From: an uncultured Dehalococcoides sp.
Lineage (GTDB): Bacteria; Chloroflexota; Dehalococcoidia; UBA2979
Direction: 5' to 3'
Assembly: GCA_964628985.1 (NCBI GenBank)
Contig: CAZVNJ010000003.1
Coordinates: 15,977-79,976, forward strand
DNA: 64,000 bases
The position numbers and the translations under genes were made by a program. The notes under the pieces were generated by a model. It was given only the letters and a program-made list of their open reading frames with translations, was not told the origin of the DNA and did no database searches. How positions within the stretch are numbered: the first letter of the stretch is position 1; each line of letters begins with the position of its first letter. Shown one piece after another: positions 1-7,325 of the stretch.

Positions 1-191
1 ACCGGCTTGTCCGTCAGGCGGCGGACGTCCGCCCGCAGATCACGCGCGAACGAGGGGACGCGTAACGAGTCGATCACGAGGACGGAGTCGTCGCCGACGA
101 TGATCCCGGCGTTCGTGAGCCCTTCGTGCAACCGTGCGAACACTCCGTTCGCGACCTCGACGATCTCCACCCCGGCACCACCAGTGACCAT
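1..191 (-). CDS. MBL-fold metallo-hydrolase, N-terminal fragment (gene continues beyond the window start)
   Basis: Reverse complement of 1-191 translates to MVTGGAGVEIVEVANGVFARLHEGLTNAGIIVGDDSVLVIDSLRVPSFARDLRADVRRLTDKP, a typical metallo-beta-lactamase-fold N-terminus. The ATG at 189-191 (complement) is preceded by GAGAGGAGAG. Not in the ORF track because it is truncated. Confidence 0.5.
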   Translation of the reverse strand, partial: MVTGGAGVEIVEVANGVFARLHEGLTNAGIIVGDDSVLVIDSLRVPSFARDLRADVRRLTDKP

Positions 192-251
192 GAGGCTCTC
201 CTCTCGCTCGGGCCGTCAGGCACGCCCGAGCATAGGGCGCGACTGCCTCGG

Positions 252-1316
252 TCAGTGCGACGCCCTGTCAGTTGGAGGCTCAAGGATCGCGAGGATCGCC
301 GCTGCCTCGGCCTCGGTCGCCGGACGCGGGCGATTCTCGTGCACATCGATCATGACGGGGCTGAACGAGACTCTCGCGACCTCGCCCTCAGTCAACGTCA
401 GGCGCGCGACCACGCTCTGGAAGGGCCCGATGCCCGCCCAGTAGTCGACATCCGCCGGCTCCAGGTCGAAGACAAAGTTCCCGAGGCTGTACAGCACCGG
501 GACGCCCTCGACGCGTTCCCACGGTTGCAGGACATGGGGGTGGGCCCCGATCACCGCGGAGGCGCCGGCGCGAACTGCGGCCCCGGCCAGCGTCCGTTGC
601 CGTTCGGTGGGCGCGTAGGTGTACTCGTAGCCCCAGTGCAAGTACGCCACCACGAAATCAGCGAGGCCTGTGGCCCGTCGCACCGCTCGCTCAATGCTCG
701 CCTCGTCGGCGCGGGCGACACCGGGCCTCTCGGATGCGGCGAACTGCACCTCGCCCACGTCGGAGAAGGCGAGGAGTGCGACCGTGACACCCGAAGGCGT
801 GCGGAGGACGGACGGGGCCATCGCCGCGTCCTCGTCTCTGCCCGCGCCAGCATGCCGGACACCCAGCGCGTCGAGCGTGCGAATGGTGTCGTCCATCCCT
901 TCCAGGCCGTAGTCCCACGTGTGGTTGTTCGCGAGCGAGACCGCCTCGAACCCCGCCCATGAGAGCGTTCGGGCCAGGGATGGCGGCGCGCGGAAGGTGT
1001 ATTCCTTCGGCAACGCCTGGCCTCGCTCCGTGAACGTGCCTTCGAGGTTGCCCAACGTGAGGTCAGTGTCGGAGAGCAGAGATCGCACGCGTGCAAAGGG
1101 ATATTCGACCCCGCGCTCCTGCATCAGCGTGGTGATGTCGCGCGCGAACATGAGGTCGCCAACCACCGCGATCGTGACGGTCCGAGGCGCGGGCGCCTCC
1201 GGGATGCGCTGCGGCGGTGTCGCGGACGCGCCAGTCGCAGAGGGTGGGGCGACCGGGGCAATCCGTAACTCGGCTCGCTCGTCGCCACACGCCGCGGCGA
1301 TCACAGCGAGGGCCAT
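252..1316 (-). CDS. CapA/PGA-capsule-synthesis family metallophosphatase (lipoprotein-type signal peptide)
   Basis: 354 aa. N-terminal MALAVIAAACGDE signal/lipobox. Calcineurin-like phosphoesterase motifs (VVGDLMF, GNLE, NNHTWDYG, HWGYEY, GAHPHV), as in CapA-family proteins. Confidence 0.7.
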   Translation of the reverse strand: MALAVIAAACGDERAELRIAPVAPPSATGASATPPQRIPEAPAPRTVTIAVVGDLMFARDITTLMQERGVEYPFARVRSLLSDTDLTLGNLEGTFTERGQALPKEYTFRAPPSLARTLSWAGFEAVSLANNHTWDYGLEGMDDTIRTLDALGVRHAGAGRDEDAAMAPSVLRTPSGVTVALLAFSDVGEVQFAASERPGVARADEASIERAVRRATGLADFVVAYLHWGYEYTYAPTERQRTLAGAAVRAGASAVIGAHPHVLQPWERVEGVPVLYSLGNFVFDLEPADVDYWAGIGPFQSVVARLTLTEGEVARVSFSPVMIDVHENRPRPATEAEAAAILAILEPPTDRASH

Positions 1317-1388
1317 GACGACCAGCGATGCAGGGGTGGACGTGTAGATCCGGCTCAGGACGGCCCTCCGACCTTTGTTGATCGCAGG

Positions 1389-1781
1389 CTAGTGGTCGCC
1401 GCCCCTATCGGGCGCGCCGGCCGTGCGGCTCACGATCTCGACCAACTCATCGAGGTCAAAGGGCTTCCGGATGACCGCCGCGGCCCCGATCTCGGCCCCG
1501 ACAGCCGCAGCCTCCATCGAACCAGACAGGAGCACGATCGGGATGTCACCCCACGCCGCGCGCTGCTGGTCCACAAACTCGCGCCCCCCCATCCCCATCA
1601 TGCGCAGATCCAGGATGATGAGGTCGGGAAGCCGGTCGATGAGCATTGTGAGGGCTTCCTCACCAGAGCGGGCGCCGCGAGCGGTGAACCCCTCGGAAGA
1701 CAGAGTGTCCACGACGAGGAACCGGATCAGGTCCTCGTCTTCCACTACCAGGATGTCCGGGGCGGGCCCGTCCTGCGTCAT
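1389..1781 (-). CDS. Single-domain response regulator (CheY-like receiver only)
   Basis: 130 aa. DILVVEDEDLIR...LIILDLRMMGMGG...KPF receiver motifs with no output domain. The ATG overlaps the stop of the upstream kinase (ATGA at 1778-1781). Confidence 0.8.
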   Translation of the reverse strand: MTQDGPAPDILVVEDEDLIRFLVVDTLSSEGFTARGARSGEEALTMLIDRLPDLIILDLRMMGMGGREFVDQQRAAWGDIPIVLLSGSMEAAAVGAEIGAAAVIRKPFDLDELVEIVSRTAGAPDRGGDH

Positions 1782-3463
1782 CTGAGGCCTGGCAGTGGTG
1801 GCGAACCCTCCGCGGTGATGACGGGCCGGAGGGGAAGACGCAGGACCACCTGGGTCCCGCAGCCCACGCCCTGGCTCGTTGCTGTCAGGGTGCCGCCATG
1901 TGTCTCGATCAGTCGCCGGGAGATGTGGAGTCCCAGTCCCATCCCCGGGATGTTGGCCTCCGTGGCATTCGGTGCTCGCCCGAACGGGACGAATATCTGC
2001 TCCGCTGCGCTTGGCGGGAAGCCGATACCTTCATCCTGCACCGCGATCACGACCGCCTCAGGCTCCGCCGCCACCGACACGGTGATCGCGCCGCCTTCCG
2101 GTGAATACTTCACCGCGTTCCCCAGCACATTGACCAGCACCTCACGCAGCCGGATGGGGTCAGCCCGAAGCGGACGGGCCTCGTCGGCGCACTGAAGGGC
2201 CAGGTCGTGAAGCGGCGCCGTCGAGGCCGTTTCCGCCAACACCTCGCGGATCAGCACCAGGACATCGAAGTCCTCCGGCTTCAGGATCAGCCGCCCAGTT
2301 TCCAGCCGGGCGACGTCGAGCAGGTCGTCGAGCAAGTGGGCCAGGCGGTCACTTGTCTGGACCAGCGCCTCGACGTACTCCCTGGCGCGCGTCACGTCGG
2401 CCCCCTGCGCGCGGTGCAGCCGCTGCAAGAGCTGCGCGGTCCCCTTCAGGCCCGCGACGGGATTCCGGAGCTCGTGTGAGGCGATCGACAAGAACTCATC
2501 GCGGGCATGCACCGCCGCCTCGGCCTGCTCTCGTGCCCGTTGTTCCGCCTCCAGGAGTCGGATCCGCTCGGCCTCCTGGAGGTTGCGCGAAGTGATATCC
2601 ATGAGGACGTTCACACCGCCGATGACCTTGCCGCGGGCGTCGCACAGCGGCGTTGGGAACGGCAGGACCGTCACGGTGTTCCCGTCCGGTTGGACGATCA
2701 GTATCTCCACGTCCCGCACCGGACGGGCTTCCATCAGTGCCACGGCCATCGGGCACTCCCCAAGGCTCATGGGGCGGCCGTCGGGCCATAACAGCCGCCA
2801 TGATCCACACCAGACATCGTGTCCGATGACAGGATGGCGACCCCATACGGCCGCAGCCTCGTCGTTGTAATAGGTGATCCGGCCCTCGGCGTCGGTCGTG
2901 TAGGCGGCGACGCCCATGCCCTCGACCAGCGCGCGGTAGCGTTCCTCGCTCGCAGCGATCGCCGCAAGCGCCTGCTGCTTGTCGATCGCAAAGGCGATCT
3001 GGGCGCCAATGACCTGCGCCGTGAGCACCTCTTCCTCGATGAAGGTATGGGGCTCGGCGTAATACAGCATGAACTTGCCGATGAGGCGGCGCGCGACGAT
3101 CAGCGGGATGAAGGCCACGGACCGGATGCGCTCGCGCCGCAGCACGTCCATCAGCGCCTCGAGGTCCCCGTCAGCCTGTACGTCTGGCACGAGGACTGGC
3201 TGAGGGTCCACCGCGTCCACGGCCCACGGCGAGTGACCCTCGACCGCGGCCCGGTAGGCGTCCGACAACCCACGCCAGGCCCGAAACCGCATCACACCTT
3301 CGGCGTCAAACAGCAGGATGGACGAACGGTCCACGTTCAATCCAGAGGCCAGGCATTGGAGGGAGGCGTCGAAGATCTCGTCGATGCCCTGCGCTGCCGC
3401 GACCGTCTGGGTGAGGTCATGCAGGGGCTGGAGCGCGTGGACGGCAAAGCGGGAGGTGACCAT
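1778..3463 (-). CDS. Sensor histidine kinase with GAF and PAS domains, HisKA and HATPase
   Basis: H-box SIASHELRNP, N-box NLVGNAVKYS, G-boxes DEGIGF and GMGLGL. N-terminal GAF-like and PAS regions. The track ORF starts with GTG at 3478. I prefer the ATG at 3463, preceded by GGGAG. Translationally coupled to the receiver gene. Confidence 0.85.
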   Translation of the reverse strand: MVTSRFAVHALQPLHDLTQTVAAAQGIDEIFDASLQCLASGLNVDRSSILLFDAEGVMRFRAWRGLSDAYRAAVEGHSPWAVDAVDPQPVLVPDVQADGDLEALMDVLRRERIRSVAFIPLIVARRLIGKFMLYYAEPHTFIEEEVLTAQVIGAQIAFAIDKQQALAAIAASEERYRALVEGMGVAAYTTDAEGRITYYNDEAAAVWGRHPVIGHDVWCGSWRLLWPDGRPMSLGECPMAVALMEARPVRDVEILIVQPDGNTVTVLPFPTPLCDARGKVIGGVNVLMDITSRNLQEAERIRLLEAEQRAREQAEAAVHARDEFLSIASHELRNPVAGLKGTAQLLQRLHRAQGADVTRAREYVEALVQTSDRLAHLLDDLLDVARLETGRLILKPEDFDVLVLIREVLAETASTAPLHDLALQCADEARPLRADPIRLREVLVNVLGNAVKYSPEGGAITVSVAAEPEAVVIAVQDEGIGFPPSAAEQIFVPFGRAPNATEANIPGMGLGLHISRRLIETHGGTLTATSQGVGCGTQVVLRLPLRPVITAEGSPPLPGLR

Positions 3464-3592
3464 ACGCGCTCCCGGCACCGGGGTCGGGGATGACGCACCG
3501 AATATATTCGCGGGCCGCCCGCGGGAAGTTGCAGATCCATCACAACGATGTGGGCAGCGTGACGAGAGCGCGACGGTGTGACTGAGGTTGGT

Positions 3593-3667
3593 TGGTGAGC
3601 CCGCTCGGATTCGAACCGAGGACCGATGGATTAAAAGTCCACTGCTCTACCGCTGAGCTACGGGCCC
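3593..3667 (-). tRNA. tRNA-Lys (anticodon UUU), CCA encoded
   Basis: Reverse complement reads GGGCCCGTAGCTCAGCGGTAGAGCAGTGGACTTTTAATCCATCGGTCCTCGGTTCGAATCCGAGCGGGCTCACCA. It folds as a cloverleaf with a 7-bp acceptor stem, anticodon loop CUUUUAA and GTTCGAATC T-loop. It is nearly identical in layout to bacterial tRNA-Lys. Confidence 0.9.
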
Positions 3668-3718
3668 CCGCGAAATCGTAGCGGGGTGGGAGGGGACGTG
3701 CCCGCACAGGCGCCGAGC

Positions 3719-4489
3719 CTACCCGCCTCCGCTGGTGTCCCAGAAGTGCGTGTGGGCCGCCGGGGCTGCGACCAGCGCCTCGTAGAGGGGCTGGACGGTT
3801 GGGGTCGCGCCCCCAACGGCGTCCTGCATCGCCGTCTGCCAGTACCGCTGCAGGGGATTGAGCGCGTCCGCGTCAAAGCGCGCCTCCTGCATCTGGAACG
3901 ACCCCCGCCGGTAGAGGACAGTGTCGACCGGATAGTCGACATCGGATGCGCTGGTGCGAGTGGCATCGAAGGAAAGCAGCCCCACTCGCAGTGCCTCGAA
4001 CAGGCCCTGTTCGTGCCGCCAGACACGGTCCAGGATGGGCTTGCCGTAGCGCGACTCTCCGATGATCACGTAGGGCGCGCCGGTGCGCACCTCCACCCAG
4101 TTGCCTTCCGGGTAGATGAGGTAGAGCCGGTGCTGGTCATCGCCTTCGAGTTGTCCGCCGAAGATGCAATGGAGGTCGAAGTAGAGGCCGCCCTCCATGA
4201 GCCACTGCAGGTCTTCGCGCCTCACCCTTCGAAGTTCCTCCGCCAGCACGTTGGCGGCCATGTACATCTTCTTCAGTTCACCGGACGAGGACTGCAGCCG
4301 CTCCTCGAAATAGGTGAGGGCCTTGTCCCGGATCGAGCGCAGCCCGCTCGTCAGGATGAACATCGAGTGGTTCTCGTACTGGTGGACGGAGATTTTCTTC
4401 GCGGTCGAGAGCTCGGTCCCGGACGTGATCCGCGTGTCCGCGATGGCGAGCAGCCCCTCCTCGCAGCGCATTCCCAGGCAGAAGGTCAT
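3719..4489 (-). CDS. Proteasome-like Ntn hydrolase of the Anbu (ancestral beta subunit) type
   Basis: 256 aa, starting MTFCLGMRCEEGLLAIADTRITSG. Thr follows the initiator Met directly with no propeptide, as in Anbu. Proteasome beta-fold-like pattern. Sits in the canonical position downstream of the CP-ATP-grasp and alpha-E genes. Confidence 0.75.
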   Translation of the reverse strand: MTFCLGMRCEEGLLAIADTRITSGTELSTAKKISVHQYENHSMFILTSGLRSIRDKALTYFEERLQSSSGELKKMYMAANVLAEELRRVRREDLQWLMEGGLYFDLHCIFGGQLEGDDQHRLYLIYPEGNWVEVRTGAPYVIIGESRYGKPILDRVWRHEQGLFEALRVGLLSFDATRTSASDVDYPVDTVLYRRGSFQMQEARFDADALNPLQRYWQTAMQDAVGGATPTVQPLYEALVAAPAAHTHFWDTSGGG

Positions 4490-4586
4490 ACCGAGATCTC
4501 GTTTCCTGCTGCGCCTCGATCGGCCGGGCCGGCGCCGGGCGCGTCAGGCCGCCATCGTAGTCCGGCCCACTGTCAATGACGAAGGC

Positions 4587-5546
4587 TCAGCGAGCCGCCG
4601 AAGGCACGGCCCGGAAAATGTGGTCCACCATGGCGGTGTGGACCCGTCCGAGGCGAATCTGGAACTCGTCAATGAACTCATGGAGTCCCTCGCGTACCAC
4701 GGTTTCCGCGTCAGCCGCCCCCAGGTCAAGTTGCAGGAGGGCCAGCTCGCGTGCCGCCGGAAGGGCCTGCTGTCGCGGCGTGGCCTCGGAGGCGCGATCA
4801 AAATGGCGCGTGAACGCGGCAATACAAAACCGCAGACTGCGCGGGAAGTCATCGTCCAAGAGCAGCATCTCGGCCACGCGTACGCCTGTGATGGCGCCTC
4901 GGTAGCGCTTGCGAAACGCCTCCAGGGCGCTCGCCGACCGCAGGATGCCCATCCACTGATAGGTGTCCAGCGTGCCACCGACATCCTCAGGAGAGGGCAG
5001 CAGGATGAAGTACTTGGCGTCCACGATGCGGCTCGTCATGTCGGCGCGCTCGATGAACAGGCCGCAACGCAGCCACTCGCGCCCTTCGTTTAGGAGGACT
5101 GTGTTGTCGAACAGCCCCACAATGGCTGCCACCGTGCGTTTCACACTGGCGGTAAAGGGCCGCATGCCAGCGGTGTGCGGCGCGCGCGTGGCTGACAGGT
5201 AGAGGAGGTTGATCTCCTCGAAGACCTCACGCGAGATGTGCTCACGCAACTCACGCGCGAGCGAGCGGGCCTGTGTCACGGTCGAGCGGAGTGAGTTCGG
5301 GTTCGCCTCGCTGAAGATCAGCCAGTCACCGGGTGAGAGGTCCGGCGAGACCTGGAGTGCGGTTTCGTATTCCTCGCCCGCGTTGAGTGCACCCACCAGG
5401 GCCGACCACAACTGGTGGTCGTCCCCGCCGGAGGCACGCTGTTCGACCGAGGCGTTGTAATTCACCTCGGCCATGCGGGCGACGTTCTCCGCACGCTCCA
5501 GGTAGCGCCCGAGCCAGTAGAGGTTTTCCGCGACTCGACTGAGCAT
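4587..5546 (-). CDS. Alpha-E domain protein (DUF403)
   Basis: 319 aa. N-terminal LSRVAENLYWLGRYLERAEN is the alpha-E signature. ATG preceded by AGGAGG. Stop 10 nt from the ATP-grasp gene stop region. Confidence 0.85.
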   Translation of the reverse strand: MLSRVAENLYWLGRYLERAENVARMAEVNYNASVEQRASGGDDHQLWSALVGALNAGEEYETALQVSPDLSPGDWLIFSEANPNSLRSTVTQARSLARELREHISREVFEEINLLYLSATRAPHTAGMRPFTASVKRTVAAIVGLFDNTVLLNEGREWLRCGLFIERADMTSRIVDAKYFILLPSPEDVGGTLDTYQWMGILRSASALEAFRKRYRGAITGVRVAEMLLLDDDFPRSLRFCIAAFTRHFDRASEATPRQQALPAARELALLQLDLGAADAETVVREGLHEFIDEFQIRLGRVHTAMVDHIFRAVPSAAR

Positions 5547-5555
5547 CGCTGCCTC

Positions 5556-7013
5556 CTACGCGCCACGTGCCGAGCGGAGGACCCAGGTGTCCTTGCTGCC
5601 GCCACCCTGGGAGGAGTTCACGATGTACGAGGTCGAGTCCGCCGCGACGCGCGTGAGCCCGCCAGGGAGCACCCACGAGGACGCGCCGGTCACGACGAAC
5701 GGACGGAGGTCTGCGCGCCGGGGCTCCAGCCGCTCACCGTCAAACGACGGGATGGTGCTGAACTCCTGCAGCGGCTGGGCGATGTACCCCTGCGGGTTCG
5801 CCTTGAGCATGGCCCGCGCCTCCGCGAGTTGCGCAGCACTGGCCTGCGGGCCCACGACGATTCCGTACCCGCCCGAGGCGTTCGTCGGCTTCATCACGAG
5901 GTCGCCCAGGTTGGCGAGCATGAACTCCAGGTCGCTCGGGAGCGCGCCGATATAGGTGTCCACGTTCGGGATGATCGGCTCTTCGCCCAGGAAGTACCGG
6001 ATCGCCTCAGGCACAAACCGGCACGTCACCTTGTCGTCCACGAGGCCGTTCCCGATGGCATTCACGATGGTGACATTGCCGGCTCGATAGGCATCGAAGA
6101 GGCCGGCGACGCCCAGCGCGGAGTCCGCGCGGAACACCGTCGGGTCGAGAAAGTCGTCGTCCACCCGGCGGTAGATCACATGCACCGGCTCCAGGCCCGT
6201 CGTGGCGCGGAGGTACACGTGGTCCTCGTGCACCAGCAGGTCTCGCCCTTCGACAAGTTCCACACCCATCTGCCGTGCGAGGAACGAATGCTCGAAGTAG
6301 GCGGAGTTGTAGGAGCCCGGGGTCAGGATGACTGCCCGTGTCTCGTCAGCCTCCACCCCCGCCGGCCGGACAGAGACGAGCATGTCGAGCACTCGGTCCG
6401 GGTACTCGTCCACCGGCGCCACGCTCCCCGCCGGAAATAGGTCAGGCACCACATTCAGCATCGTGCGGCGATTCTCCAGGACGTAGGACACCCCCGAGGG
6501 CGTCCGCACATTGTCCTCTAGCACCCGGAAGATCCCGTCGCGGTCACGGATGAGGTCGATGCCCGCGATGTGCGCCCAGACGCCCATGGGAGGGACGAAG
6601 CCCCGCATCCGCGGGTTGAAGCCGGGGGCGCCTTCCACCAGGGCGGCCGGGATGACCCCGTCGCGGACGGAGCGTTGCTCACCATAGAGATCGGTCAGAA
6701 ACCGATTGAGCGCAGTGACTCGTTGGACCAGTCCCGCACGGATCACGTCCCACTCGCCCTCCTCGATGATCCGAGGGATCAGCGAGAAGGGGAGAATCCG
6801 TTCCGTCCCCATCTGATCCTGGTAGACCGTGAACGTGACGCCGCCGTTTAACTGCTCCAGGTCAGACGCCGCCTGCCGGGCGCGGTAGTCCTCCGAGTTC
6901 CAGCGGCGGATCCGGTGTGCGAACTCAGCGTAGGACGGGCGCACCGAGCCGTCCGGCGCGAACATCTCGTCCGGGCCGGCCAGCGTGCGGTACCCGGAGA
7001 GCAAGTCGGCCAT
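5556..7013 (-). CDS. Circularly permuted ATP-grasp type 2 protein (DUF404/DUF407 family)
   Basis: 486 aa from the ATG at 7013 (MADLLSGYRTLAGP...). Matches the circularly-permuted type-2 ATP-grasp family that is always paired with alpha-E. The track ORF extends to a GTG at 7181 with an Arg-rich, non-protein-like N-terminus, which I rejected. Confidence 0.85.
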   Translation of the reverse strand: MADLLSGYRTLAGPDEMFAPDGSVRPSYAEFAHRIRRWNSEDYRARQAASDLEQLNGGVTFTVYQDQMGTERILPFSLIPRIIEEGEWDVIRAGLVQRVTALNRFLTDLYGEQRSVRDGVIPAALVEGAPGFNPRMRGFVPPMGVWAHIAGIDLIRDRDGIFRVLEDNVRTPSGVSYVLENRRTMLNVVPDLFPAGSVAPVDEYPDRVLDMLVSVRPAGVEADETRAVILTPGSYNSAYFEHSFLARQMGVELVEGRDLLVHEDHVYLRATTGLEPVHVIYRRVDDDFLDPTVFRADSALGVAGLFDAYRAGNVTIVNAIGNGLVDDKVTCRFVPEAIRYFLGEEPIIPNVDTYIGALPSDLEFMLANLGDLVMKPTNASGGYGIVVGPQASAAQLAEARAMLKANPQGYIAQPLQEFSTIPSFDGERLEPRRADLRPFVVTGASSWVLPGGLTRVAADSTSYIVNSSQGGGSKDTWVLRSARGA

Positions 7014-7325
7014 TCGTCTCGCTTCAGCGTGCCTGCACAGTCCTGACTGATCCGGCGCGGGCCTGCTGGCTCGGCGCCATCCCGGCACGCGCCTGTAGCG
7101 ACCGACGCACCGACCGGCCAGGCCGCGGCCGGTGCCCCTCGCAGTACCGGTGCGGCGCGCCCACCAGTTCCAGGCGGGCACACGGTGCGCCGGCGCAGAC
7201 GCAGCAGAGATCCATCGAGGTACTCCCTTGTCGCGCCTCGAGCGTGCCGGAGGGGCGTTTCGGATACGTGCCGTCGATGTGACGTGGATATTACACGGTC
7301 GCTCACAGAGGGGAGGGACGTGCGA

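Noticed and set aside
3593-7013. Possible tRNA-associated genomic island carrying the Anbu operon
   Set aside because: There is no integrase, recombinase, transposase or tRNA-3' direct repeat nearby. The operon is upstream of the tRNA 5' end, not inserted at its 3' end.
7014-7181. N-terminal extension of the ATP-grasp ORF back to a GTG at 7181
   Set aside because: The extra 56 residues (MPAWNWWARRTGTARGTGRG...) are Arg/Gly-rich and unlike the conserved family N-terminus. The ATG at 7013 gives a protein of the expected ~485 aa.
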